DNA of 59,421 nucleotides, counting the filler. It is 3 parts of 3 records of this genome, joined end to end, with 100 filler letters (N's around TTAATTAATTAA, not from the genome) between each part and the next. Parts side by side here need not be neighbours in the genome. Positions count along the whole stretch, not along the records: positions 27,789 to 53,199 come from SRR20825006_1669; 2 more parts are not named here. One strand, given 5' to 3'. The translations under genes and the position numbers were made by a program. The notes under the pieces were generated by a model, which saw only the letters and a program-made list of their open reading frames with translations, was not told where the DNA came from and searched no databases. The first letter of the stretch is position 1, and every line of letters starts with the position of its first letter. Of the stretch, positions 38,525 through 47,832 are shown piece after piece.

Positions 38525-40303
38525 TCACGGAATCTGAAGTGACTCCAACGGCAGCACTGCCATCTCGGCGCTGTTCTGGTTCGCACGACGACCGCCATTG
38601 TTGGAGTATCCAACATAGAGTTTGCCATCGTGTTCCATCGCACACGGATACGACAAACTCAAACTTTGTGCGGACTCACCGGGTGCGTCCCCGTTCATCG
38701 CTCGCCGGATGACGAACACTTTCCCGAAAACATTCTCGCCCGGGCGTGAAACGGCGATGGTCAATGGTGATCGTTTGCCTCCGTTATCGGCGGCGGTTGT
38801 GCAGACCAGATACCGTTGACCGTTGCTCAGTACACCGGCCGCGGGTTTGGACGTTGCCATCGGCAGATTGCTGATTTGGGAAGGTGACCAAGTCCGACCA
38901 TAGTCATCGCTTTTCGCAACCAATGCTTTGGCGTCCCCACCGTAGCGAGCGACGTTGAAGACGGTGGAACCATCCACCCACAAACTGGATTCACCCCACA
39001 TTCGATGAATGAATGCGTCCACCGGAATCGGAACCAAATCCCATCGGGTGAAATCATCGCCATGGCTGATGGCAACTGCCGCGGGGAACACCTTGTCCCC
39101 TGAATAACGTTTCCCGAGAAATCCCGGCATGATCCAATTGCCATCGTCCATTCGAACGGGTTGGTTCATGGGCCAGAATCCGCTTTCGATGACCACGCCC
39201 ATTCGCTCCCACTCTCCCGTGGATTCGTTCATCCGATAGGCACGTGTGTGGATGTTGTCCATTCGACCGTAGTAGGCACCATGGAATGCCCACAATGTTT
39301 CTCCGTGCGACAGAAAGACTCCATGACTGACAGCCAGATTTTCTTCAGCGCCGGCGTCGATGACTTGCAACGGCCCCCATGTCTTTCCATCGTCCGCGCT
39401 GACTCGAAACTGGGCTTCCTCGGTCACCGTGTTTTCATCCCCTTTGTTGTGACCGATCGACGCAAACAACTTCCCTTGGTGCCGAGCGAGCGCGACCCCG
39501 TGCAAGAACGTGTATCCGTCGCGGGGTTTGTCCCATTTCTTGATCACATGAAAGTCAACGTTGGCGATTTCGAGCAGATCTTCGGCCCGGGGTAACGGTG
39601 AACTCTCATCCCACAAATGAAACGGTTGAGGAGGCATCGGTATCTCATGCACCGAAGTGACGGGACGATAGGACGCCGCCATTTCGTCAGAGGAGAACGC
39701 TCGAGGATGAAGCTGAACCTCGTCAATCGCACCGTGCCATGTTTGCCGAACCATGCCATCGTCGTTCACGCCACCCAAAGTCAGTGGAGCGTCGGTGGAT
39801 TGCACAGGCCGATCCAGCTTCAATGATCCCACGCGTTCGCCGTTGACATACAACTCCGCTGAATTGGGCTTCATGACCACGCCGAGTTGATACCAGTGAC
39901 CGAGTTCAGGCTCAGGCCCAGAAATCGTTCGCCATCCACCTCGATACACATAGAGGCTGAACTGGTGATTGCGATCCAGCATCAGCGACCACTCGCGTTC
40001 ATTCAACGAATAGCGATTCTTGGCCGCGACGATTTTTTGGTCAGAATTCAAACGATACGGATTCACCCAAACAACGAGCGAATACTCCCCCGATTCCAAA
40101 ACGTCGCGTGCCCCATGTGGTTCCAGCACGGTCTGCCCGTCGAGCAACCAACTCTCGCCCTCAATCCCAGCACACATCGCCGCTTTGCCGTGCGTTGCAA
40201 CGACACTCGCTTGCGTCGAATCCGCCGACCACCGAACTGGTTCGCTCGCGATTGTCAGGACGGGAAACGAGACAAACAGACTCAACAAAATGGTTCGGAT
40301 CAT
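38525..40303 (-). CDS. Secreted LamG-like + BNR/Asp-box (sialidase-like beta-propeller) protein
   Basis: Signal peptide; LamG features (WYQLGVV, ELYVNG, GAIDEV); Asp-boxes SADDGKTW and SDDYGRTW; C-terminal LSYP...GKLYVGYS. Confidence 0.8.
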   Translation of the reverse strand: MIRTILLSLFVSFPVLTIASEPVRWSADSTQASVVATHGKAAMCAGIEGESWLLDGQTVLEPHGARDVLESGEYSLVVWVNPYRLNSDQKIVAAKNRYSLNEREWSLMLDRNHQFSLYVYRGGWRTISGPEPELGHWYQLGVVMKPNSAELYVNGERVGSLKLDRPVQSTDAPLTLGGVNDDGMVRQTWHGAIDEVQLHPRAFSSDEMAASYRPVTSVHEIPMPPQPFHLWDESSPLPRAEDLLEIANVDFHVIKKWDKPRDGYTFLHGVALARHQGKLFASIGHNKGDENTVTEEAQFRVSADDGKTWGPLQVIDAGAEENLAVSHGVFLSHGETLWAFHGAYYGRMDNIHTRAYRMNESTGEWERMGVVIESGFWPMNQPVRMDDGNWIMPGFLGKRYSGDKVFPAAVAISHGDDFTRWDLVPIPVDAFIHRMWGESSLWVDGSTVFNVARYGGDAKALVAKSDDYGRTWSPSQISNLPMATSKPAAGVLSNGQRYLVCTTAADNGGKRSPLTIAVSRPGENVFGKVFVIRRAMNGDAPGESAQSLSLSYPCAMEHDGKLYVGYSNNGGRRANQNSAEMAVLPLESLQIP

Positions 40304-40450
40304 CGATGGGGATGCAGTGACGTAAGAAGCAAGTGAACAGTCGCGAAGGCTTTGAGCAAAGCGAAACCTCTTACGATAACCGAAACCGACGACTGTTTCT
40401 GAGGCGTTGGAGCGGTCGAGCGATGCATGTCATACCAGCGTTCGATCTGA

Positions 40451-41725
40451 TCAAACATTCAGTCCGTCAATGAATCGCACCGCGTTTTGCACGCCCGATT
40501 CCGATCGAATCTGCTTGCCGAGTTGTTCTGCTCTCGACTCCATTTCACAGTCATCGATCGTTTCAGAAATGGCTTTGGCGAGCCGTTCGGGCGTGAGTCT
40601 TCTTTGTGGGATCGGTTTCGGCCCCACGCCCAGTTCATGAACCACTCGACCCCAAAATGGTTGATCGCCAAAGAAGGGACAAATGATCGTGCGTCGACCA
40701 GCGCGAAGGCCAGCCGCCGTGGTTCCACAGCCGCCATGGTGGACCACGGCGGAGACTTGCGGGAACAACCAATCGTGTGGGACGGCATCGATGGAAAGCA
40801 TTGTCTTGGGCAAATCGAATTCCCCCAGGTCCATTCCTCCCCAGCCCGGAGCCAAGATGGCTCGTTGCCCAGACAAGCGAACCGCTTCGATGACACGTTC
40901 GGCGGTCGCTCGTGGATCGCGCCCAAAGATGCTGCCGAATCCAACGTAGAGGGGTGGTGGTCCTTGCTGCAAAAAATCCACCAGCCTTGGATCAGGGGTG
41001 AACTCGGTCGCCCCATCCAAGAACCAATACCCGGTCACCGTCGCATGATCGGGCCAATCGCTAGGTTTTGGAATCACCGAAGGGCTGTAGGCATGCAACG
41101 CGGCGACGGGACTGCTATCGGCGTGACGAAAGTACGGTGGACGCTTCTTTGACATTCGTTGGGATCGCCGCCACTTGCCCACGAAGCGACCACCACTGCG
41201 CCGCGTGATGAACTCGATGACGCGATAAGTCGCAAGATTGTACCAACGGCCGAGCGGCAACCTTGGAAACCCAAACGCAGGCGACTCCCCCGTGGGTACA
41301 TACAGCGGCAGGTAGAACGCGAGGGCACAGCGACAACCAAGCCGTTCGGCAAAGTCTTCGGCGCCGATGGCCTTCTTATGGAACAGAATCAGATCCGGCT
41401 GAAACGCATCCGCAGCCGCCCACATTTCACTGACTTGACGATGCATCATGCCTGTCAGTTTTGGCATCAGTCGCACACCCACCCGAACGGCCTGAAACAG
41501 ATTGGTGGTTGTTTCCATCGCCACTCGACCATCTTCCGATTCCATGAAATCGCGAATGTCATTGTTCAACGGAGCGTAGTCGATCCCATGTGACCGAATG
41601 AACTCTTCGAAGATCTGGCACGTGCAAATTTGCACTTCGTGCCCCGCCTTCTTCAGTCCAACGGCCAACGCAACGTACGGCTGCACGTCGCCTCGCGTCC
41701 CCACCGTCAGCACCAGAATCCGCAT
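40451..41725 (-). CDS. GT1 family glycosyltransferase (sterol 3-beta-glucosyltransferase-like)
   Basis: GTRGDVQPYVALA, YVGFGS, VPHDWLF, HHGGCGTTAAGL, PFFGDQPFWG. Confidence 0.9.
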   Translation of the reverse strand: MRILVLTVGTRGDVQPYVALAVGLKKAGHEVQICTCQIFEEFIRSHGIDYAPLNNDIRDFMESEDGRVAMETTTNLFQAVRVGVRLMPKLTGMMHRQVSEMWAAADAFQPDLILFHKKAIGAEDFAERLGCRCALAFYLPLYVPTGESPAFGFPRLPLGRWYNLATYRVIEFITRRSGGRFVGKWRRSQRMSKKRPPYFRHADSSPVAALHAYSPSVIPKPSDWPDHATVTGYWFLDGATEFTPDPRLVDFLQQGPPPLYVGFGSIFGRDPRATAERVIEAVRLSGQRAILAPGWGGMDLGEFDLPKTMLSIDAVPHDWLFPQVSAVVHHGGCGTTAAGLRAGRRTIICPFFGDQPFWGRVVHELGVGPKPIPQRRLTPERLAKAISETIDDCEMESRAEQLGKQIRSESGVQNAVRFIDGLNV

Positions 41726-41735
41726 CCAAACCTCA

Positions 41736-41756
41736 AAAAGGTGTCAGGTACCTTTT
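41736..41756. repeat. Short palindromic element AAAAGGTGTCAGGTACCTTTT (REP-like)
   Basis: 7-bp arms around a 7-nt core in the kinase-GT1 intergenic gap; resembles a dispersed repeat I recall from planctomycete genomes (not verified). Confidence 0.5.
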
Positions 41757-41792
41757 AGTTAAAACAGGCAATTTCAGGTCACCTTCGCTCGA

Positions 41793-44090
41793 TCACTGAA
41801 CGAACGGTTCGCCGATCAATTCGTTCCATTTCTGTCGCTGCTCGGGCGTCAGAATTTCCAGGATCTTTTCAACGGTGTAACGGGTTCCGTCGGAGTTCCA
41901 CATGTCATGCGGCGGACCATTGAATCCCGAAGGCCCTTTCCTCCCCGGTGGGCCACCAAATTCAGGTGGGCCATTCATCTCAGGAGGCCGGCCGAATTCA
42001 GGTGGCCGTCCGCCATCAAAACGTCCTCGCATTCCAAACTCGAACCCATCCGGGCCTGGACCACGTCGCCCATTATCACGATCGCGAGGACCTCGATCAC
42101 CCTCGAACCCGCCACGGCGTGAAGGACGCGTTTCTTCGATGATTTGATCGATCCGCACTCGTTGCTCGCGAGTCATTTCAAGAGCCGCGACAACTTCGGC
42201 GGATTTGAATGTGAATGGCAATCGACGCTGCCGAGCGATTTGTTGCAAACGTTCGACTTGCTGAGGGCTCAGGTGCCGCTTCAAGAACGAATCAAATGAT
42301 TCCAACAGGGCTGTCATATCGGCATTTTCAATCGACAGGTTGCCGGGGTTTTCATTGGCCAAGGAATGCCGTTCGGACTGAAGCATTTTGACGGCATCGG
42401 TGATCGCGTCCGCCTTTTCGCGATCGATCTGCAACTCTTTTTGCACGCTCTCTTCCAAGAGCTGTAGCAACGGTCCAATGTTCTCGAGCAACTGCAATTC
42501 CTCGACCATGGCTTCCACACGAGCCGAAGTCTTTGCCAATTCGCTTTTCAGAGCCGGATCATCGGCACGAAGCTCTAAGAAGTCGCGATAAAACGACAAC
42601 GACGTCTCGAGGAAAGTTCGACGTACGTCTTGAAGCCCCGCTCGATAGGCCAGTTCGCTTTCACTCAGTTCACTGAAGGCATCGACCGCAGCACGAGCTT
42701 GCTGAAAGCTTTCCTCCGCCAATTCACGTTGCTGGGTTTCGCGGTCAAGAGCCAGTTGTGTTTGCCGTTGTTCTCGCCAAACCAGCAACGCTGTCACCAA
42801 CAAAGCGACGGAGGCAATCAACAACATCCCGAACGCAGCCGCCACCAAACCACTGTTGCGGCGACGCCATTTTGCCAACCGTTCGAGTGCTGTCGGCGGT
42901 TTGGCTTGGATCGGTTTGTCGTCCAACCAACACTGCAAATCATCGGCGAGTGCCTTCATTGTCGCGTAGCGTTCAGACGGCTGCTTCGCGATTGCTTTGC
43001 GGACGATCGTGTCCAACTCGGTGGGCAGATCCGGTGCGATGGACATCGGTGATGGTGGTTCGACCTCAATCACCGCGTTGAGCAACTCGCGAAAACCTTC
43101 GCCTTCGATCGCAGGCCGCAGGGTCAGCAATTCGTAAAGCGTCACGCCAAACGAATACACATCGGTGCGGTGATCCAAGATCATCCGGTTCCCGGACGCT
43201 TGTTCGGGCGAAGCATACCGCAACGTCCCCATGGGGTCGCCGGTCCGAGTCAGATTGTTGGTGTCGGATTCGATGTGTGCCAAACCAAAATCGGTGACCC
43301 ACACCTTGCCGGCGCCATCGATCAGCAAGTTTCCCGGTTTGATGTCTCGGTGAATGACCCCGTACTGATGCGCGTGCTCAATCGCGATCGCCGCTTCGTG
43401 TGCCATTCGGACGGCGGACTCATAGTGCCGTCGTCGCCCCATCGAGGTGCCCATCGACGTCGTGTTGTTCGACCGTGTCGGTGCCGCACCGATCGAATCA
43501 CGCATCGGCCGGGTGTCATTTGATTTACCGTTTTTGGTTTCCTGGCGCATCTCATCGATCACGTCGGCCAACGTGCGTCCATCGATCAGCTGCATTGCAT
43601 AGTAGTGCACACCGCGATCGCTACCGACGGCGTAGACCGGCACAATATTGGTGTGATGCAAAGCCGCCGCGGCGTGAGCTTCGTTGCGAAAACGTTGCAA
43701 ACGCACTTCGTCCAAACCGCTCGCAAATGGCAGGACCTTCAGAGCAACCTTGCGCCCCAGAGAGAGCTGAACGGCTTCATAGACAACGCCCATTCCTCCG
43801 CGGCCGAGCTCACCAACGATCTGGAAATCACCGATCGGTTTGGCCGTGAACTCCGCATGAGGCCCCACAGCGGTGGTGGAGGGTTCGGACGGCGATCCCG
43901 CACCATGCAGCATGGCCAAACCTTCGAGGGCCGGACGCAGCTCTTCTTCAATGGAGGCATAGCCAGCCAAAAAATCTTCGATCGAAGGAGCCTTTCCATT
44001 TTCCAGCAATCGCATGTAGTCCTTGACCGCAGCGACCACGCCATTGTCATTGGTTTCATCGAAAGTGGCCATGTTTTCCCCGTCGTTCAT
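41793..44090 (-). CDS. Membrane Ser/Thr protein kinase with a C-terminal LTxxQ-like and Gly/Pro-rich domain
   Basis: LGRGGMG, VALK, HRDIKPGN, DFG, GTLRYASPE; TM GLVAAAFGMLLIASVALLVTALLVW; LSPQQ, MTREQ and LTPEQ motifs. Confidence 0.92.
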   Translation of the reverse strand: MNDGENMATFDETNDNGVVAAVKDYMRLLENGKAPSIEDFLAGYASIEEELRPALEGLAMLHGAGSPSEPSTTAVGPHAEFTAKPIGDFQIVGELGRGGMGVVYEAVQLSLGRKVALKVLPFASGLDEVRLQRFRNEAHAAAALHHTNIVPVYAVGSDRGVHYYAMQLIDGRTLADVIDEMRQETKNGKSNDTRPMRDSIGAAPTRSNNTTSMGTSMGRRRHYESAVRMAHEAAIAIEHAHQYGVIHRDIKPGNLLIDGAGKVWVTDFGLAHIESDTNNLTRTGDPMGTLRYASPEQASGNRMILDHRTDVYSFGVTLYELLTLRPAIEGEGFRELLNAVIEVEPPSPMSIAPDLPTELDTIVRKAIAKQPSERYATMKALADDLQCWLDDKPIQAKPPTALERLAKWRRRNSGLVAAAFGMLLIASVALLVTALLVWREQRQTQLALDRETQQRELAEESFQQARAAVDAFSELSESELAYRAGLQDVRRTFLETSLSFYRDFLELRADDPALKSELAKTSARVEAMVEELQLLENIGPLLQLLEESVQKELQIDREKADAITDAVKMLQSERHSLANENPGNLSIENADMTALLESFDSFLKRHLSPQQVERLQQIARQRRLPFTFKSAEVVAALEMTREQRVRIDQIIEETRPSRRGGFEGDRGPRDRDNGRRGPGPDGFEFGMRGRFDGGRPPEFGRPPEMNGPPEFGGPPGRKGPSGFNGPPHDMWNSDGTRYTVEKILEILTPEQRQKWNELIGEPFVQ

Positions 44091-44153
44091 TTGATCGTCC
44101 GCTCTTCAGTCGGTTTCAATCACACCAGTCAACACTCGGCCGATGGATTGCTA

Positions 44154-44777
44154 TCAGGTCATGATCGTTCTTAATTTCGCGAGCCCGCGGACCCACAGTT
44201 TTTCAACACTGTCGACGCTTTTGTCCATCGACTTGGCGACGTCCGCGAATGACATCCCTTCAACGTGACGTAGAACGATGACCTCGCGATAATGTTCCGG
44301 TAATGATTCAAGTGCCTCCGCCAATTGCAGGAATGCTTCATTGCGAGCAAAGTGCTGACTCGGTGATGTCACGTCGGCAGCGATCTTCGATTGCAGGAAT
44401 CCGGATGCGTTGACCAGACTGGCATTCAAATTTTGCTCCAATCGAGGATCTCGTTTCTGAGTCCCCAAGTATTTCCGCAAGTGCATCGCCAAGACGTTCG
44501 ACAAAATGCCTCGCAACCACCCTGCAAACTCCTCCGGGGTTTGGCCTCGAAAATCCGCCATGTTGCCGTGAGCCGCAATGCATACCTCCTGTGCCAAATC
44601 CGATGGGTCGGCTTTGCCTTGCAAGTGATGATGCAAACCGGAGCGAGCCAGGAATTTGACAAACTTTCGGTAGCTATCGAGCAACTCGCCGAGTGCCTCT
44701 TGGTCACCTGAACGTGCGTCGGCGATCAGCTTGACAATGCGGGTCTGCGTTTCATCTGGTTGAGATCGTTCAGTCAT
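44154..44777 (-). CDS. ECF-type sigma-70 factor (kinase-associated planctomycete type)
   Basis: ARSGDQEALGELL, DPSDLAQEV, FAGWLRGIL (sigma2); LESLPEHYREVIVLRHVEGMSFADVA (sigma4); start MTERSQ inferred. Confidence 0.9.
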   Translation of the reverse strand: MTERSQPDETQTRIVKLIADARSGDQEALGELLDSYRKFVKFLARSGLHHHLQGKADPSDLAQEVCIAAHGNMADFRGQTPEEFAGWLRGILSNVLAMHLRKYLGTQKRDPRLEQNLNASLVNASGFLQSKIAADVTSPSQHFARNEAFLQLAEALESLPEHYREVIVLRHVEGMSFADVAKSMDKSVDSVEKLWVRGLAKLRTIMT

Positions 44778-45041
44778 GATGTTCAAAATCAGCGGCACGA
44801 GAAGTTGCCGCCATTTTGTGACAAAAACCGTCGCACCTTGGAACCAGTTGCGGTCTTTGTTGAAAACCGCCATTCAATCCAGTGACTTTATCAGAGACCG
44901 TCACGTTGTGGCGTGACCGCAGATCGCTCGACCACACGGAAAGCATTCAAAACAGAGCCAAGCAGGCCGATCGGTCGTTCCGATCCTGCCCTGCCTGCCA
45001 GAGCGATCTCGCTGGGCGGCGATCGGTTCACATCAGCGAGC

Positions 45042-45518
45042 TCAGCCGGGGATCCGCTCGCGGGCAATTTGCAGAATCCGATTGAGCGAGTGCAGATCCT
45101 CGGCCGGGACATGCCCCAGCAACTCGCGATGCAGCGATTGGATGGGCTCATCCAATTTGTCCAGCAAAGTGAGCCCTTCGTCAGTCAGTCCCACCAAAAA
45201 AACCCGACGATCTTGATTGGATTGCTGCTTGTGAATCAATCCTCGATTGAGCAATTGGTCGACCACGCGAGTGATCGCAGGTGAAACCTGGATCATCCGA
45301 TCAGCAACTTCCAGACACGGCATCGGAACCTTCTCGCCCCGCATGATCCGCATCGCGTTATATTGCGAAGGAGTCAAACTGAAGGTTCGCAGCAGACGAG
45401 CCAAACGATTCTCAAGCAGATCGCTGGTTCTTAGAATCCCCAGCATGGCCTCCTGCTCAAGCGATTCGAACGGTCCCTTTTTCTTGAGCTCTTCGCGCAA
45501 AGAGGACGGCGTCATCAA
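45042..45518 (-). CDS. MarR family transcriptional regulator
   Basis: LTPSQYNAMRIMRG, PAITRVVDQL...GLI...DRRV...LTDEG. Confidence 0.9.
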   Translation of the reverse strand: MMTPSSLREELKKKGPFESLEQEAMLGILRTSDLLENRLARLLRTFSLTPSQYNAMRIMRGEKVPMPCLEVADRMIQVSPAITRVVDQLLNRGLIHKQQSNQDRRVFLVGLTDEGLTLLDKLDEPIQSLHRELLGHVPAEDLHSLNRILQIARERIPG

Positions 45519-45754
45519 TCATTCCTTGGGGCAATCGTCGATAACGGCGCGCACTTCTACAGTTCACGCAGTTGATATTGTTTCAGTGCCCCAATTGCTT
45601 CGTTCGCAAGAGATCAAAGCAACGTCAACAACATTGGTTATGAATCGGCGACATGCGTTCAAAATGCCAAAGATTCTCCCCTCGCTCGTTAGAATCGCTT
45701 TCCCCAACCAGGGCTGGTTACAGTGGTAACGACATTGCGGAAAAACGGTTCACG

Positions 45755-46237
45755 TCACCCTGAGTTCAATGTCGTCTTCTGCCGCCATTCCATGCGATAG
45801 TTCGTCAGGATGACTCCACGGCATTCCACCTGCTGACATTTGACCGCCCGGAATCCCACGGACTCAAAAAACGGTTTCGCGGTGATGCTAGCCTCAGTGA
45901 AAACGATTCGAATCCCCAACCGCTCGACCTGACTGCGCAGTTCTTGCCACATCCGTTTGGCAACACCTCGGCGTTGGTGATCCGCGGATACGAACAATCG
46001 ATCCAAGTGCCCATCGTGGCTCATGTCAGCAAATCCAATCAGTTGAGCATCTGATTCCACCACCACCGCAACACGCCCCTCAAATCGTTGCGTCCAGCAG
46101 TCCAGGTCCACCGTCTCAGGAGCCCATGCGCTCAATTGAGATTCGGAGTAGTCACGACAATTCACCCGATGGACGGTATCACGGAACAACCGCCAACAAT
46201 CGATCGCATCTTCAACATGAAATGGGCGCAGCTTCAT
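45755..46237 (-). CDS. GNAT N-acetyltransferase (YafP-like)
   Basis: DYSESQLSAWAP, LFVSADHQRRGVA, EASITAKPFFESVGF, NYRM. Confidence 0.88.
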   Translation of the reverse strand: MKLRPFHVEDAIDCWRLFRDTVHRVNCRDYSESQLSAWAPETVDLDCWTQRFEGRVAVVVESDAQLIGFADMSHDGHLDRLFVSADHQRRGVAKRMWQELRSQVERLGIRIVFTEASITAKPFFESVGFRAVKCQQVECRGVILTNYRMEWRQKTTLNSG

Positions 46238-47085
46238 GTCTTGTCTCTCTCACCCCGCAAATCCGCCAGCGAGATCATTAGACGGCCTTCCAAAACGGTG
46301 ACTGCATCGCCCGTCAAAAGCACGCGGGCGTCATCGACTTCACATCGAACCATTCCACCACGTCGAGAAGCTTGATGCCCAACCAAGGGATTGATTCCCA
46401 ATCGCTTCGACCAGTACGGGGCCAAGCAACAGTGTGCGGAACCCGTCACCGGATCTTCATCGATCCCGCATCGCGGCGCAAAGAATCGTGATACAAAATC
46501 GATCCCATCCCGATCGTCCTGCGAAGTTACGATGACACCGCGAGTTGGAATATCTTTCAATGCTTGGTAGTCCGGCCGCAGATCCATCACCGATTCACCT
46601 GATTGCACCACCATCATCAGATCGAATGCGGTTTGGTAGACCGTTGCTTTGGTGATCCCAAAAGCAGATTTTAGATCCGAAGACAGCTTCTCATCATCGA
46701 CCAGCGAGCAATCCGAAGCAGGAAAATCGAGTGTGATACCTCGATCGCTTTGCGAACAAACGAGTTCACCGCTACGCGTTTGAAAGCGAATCTCAGAGCC
46801 TTTCGCGACCAGCCCCTGTTCCCACAAAACATGAGCAGACGCCAATGTTGCGTGGCCGCACAAATCCACCTCCACATTCGGCGTGAACCATCGCAATTGA
46901 TAGGTGGACTGGCCAGATTCCCGAACGAGAAACGCCGTTTCCGATAGGTTCATTTCTCCAGCAAGATTTTGCATCCATTCGTCACTTGGGAACTCGGGCA
47001 AGATGCAAATTGCGGCCGGGTTCCCTCCAAACGGCTTGCTGGTGAAGGCGTCCACCTGCCAAATCGAAATATCGGCGTTCGACAT
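46234..47085 (-). CDS. PhzF family phenazine-biosynthesis-like isomerase
   Basis: QVDAFT..PFGGNPAA, NLSETAF, EVDLCGHATLASA, EDPVTGSAH. Confidence 0.92.
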   Translation of the reverse strand: MSNADISIWQVDAFTSKPFGGNPAAICILPEFPSDEWMQNLAGEMNLSETAFLVRESGQSTYQLRWFTPNVEVDLCGHATLASAHVLWEQGLVAKGSEIRFQTRSGELVCSQSDRGITLDFPASDCSLVDDEKLSSDLKSAFGITKATVYQTAFDLMMVVQSGESVMDLRPDYQALKDIPTRGVIVTSQDDRDGIDFVSRFFAPRCGIDEDPVTGSAHCCLAPYWSKRLGINPLVGHQASRRGGMVRCEVDDARVLLTGDAVTVLEGRLMISLADLRGERDKT

Positions 47086-47197
47086 AAAACTCGTTCTCGG
47101 ATGCGGAGACTGAATCAACTCATTTCATGAGGCGGCAGAACCATCCGGGGTTCACCACCACCTGCGAGACGACTCGATTTTTGAGTACGATTCGGCG

Positions 47198-47821
47198 ATG
47201 AATCATTCAAAAACAATCATTCGTCGTGTTGCCGACATTGTGAGTCAACGCATGGCTGACCAACAGGCCGGTCACGGAATCGACCATGTCCGGCGAGTCC
47301 ATCGAACCGCGTGTGACATTCAACAGCAAATTGGAGGCGATCGCCTGATCGTCGAACTTGCCGCACTGCTTCACGATGTTGGCGATGCAAAATTTCATGG
47401 TGGCAAGGAACGCAGCGCAGAGTTCTCTCGCGAAATTCTGGCCGACGAGGGAGTGGAGCAATCGACGATCGATCACGTCGCACACATCGTTGACAACCTT
47501 TCGTTTCGCAAGCACGAAACGGCGGAAGAACTCTCGGACGAAGGCAAGATCGTTCAAGACGCCGACCGGCTCGACGCCCTGGGTGCGATCGGCATTGTTC
47601 GAACAATCGAATACGGAGCAACCGTCGGCCAACCGTTTCACATCGCTGGAAATGACCCCAGCAACCTGAGTGGCCCTAAAACCGGTGCCGGTCACTTTTA
47701 TCAAAAGCTATTCCGACTCCGGGACATGTTGCACACCGAACCCGCACGCCAGATCGCAGCCGACCGAGAACGTTTCATGAAAACGTTCCTGGATCAATTC
47801 ATGAGCGAAATGGCGAACTAA
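47198..47821 (+). CDS. HD domain phosphohydrolase (YedJ/YpgQ-like)
   Basis: GHGIDHVRRV, ALLHDVGDAK, VQDADRLDALGAIGI, HFYQKL. Confidence 0.9.
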   Translation: MNHSKTIIRRVADIVSQRMADQQAGHGIDHVRRVHRTACDIQQQIGGDRLIVELAALLHDVGDAKFHGGKERSAEFSREILADEGVEQSTIDHVAHIVDNLSFRKHETAEELSDEGKIVQDADRLDALGAIGIVRTIEYGATVGQPFHIAGNDPSNLSGPKTGAGHFYQKLFRLRDMLHTEPARQIAADRERFMKTFLDQFMSEMAN

Positions 47822-47832
47822 ACCCCGACGAC

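Noticed and set aside
33636-41725. Hopanoid or sterol glycoside pathway from the squalene-repeat protein plus the sterol-GT-like gene
   Set aside because: The repeat protein is half the size of a cyclase, lacks DxDD and looks exported; the genes are over 5 kb apart and separated by the oppositely oriented CotH operon.
46234-47085. Phenazine biosynthesis cluster
   Set aside because: A lone PhzF-family gene with no other phz genes; such orphans are widespread.
47198-47821. HD protein as a defence effector, or linked to the HD proteins in the other segments
   Set aside because: Ordinary YedJ/YpgQ-type housekeeping hydrolase on a different contig from a different organism.
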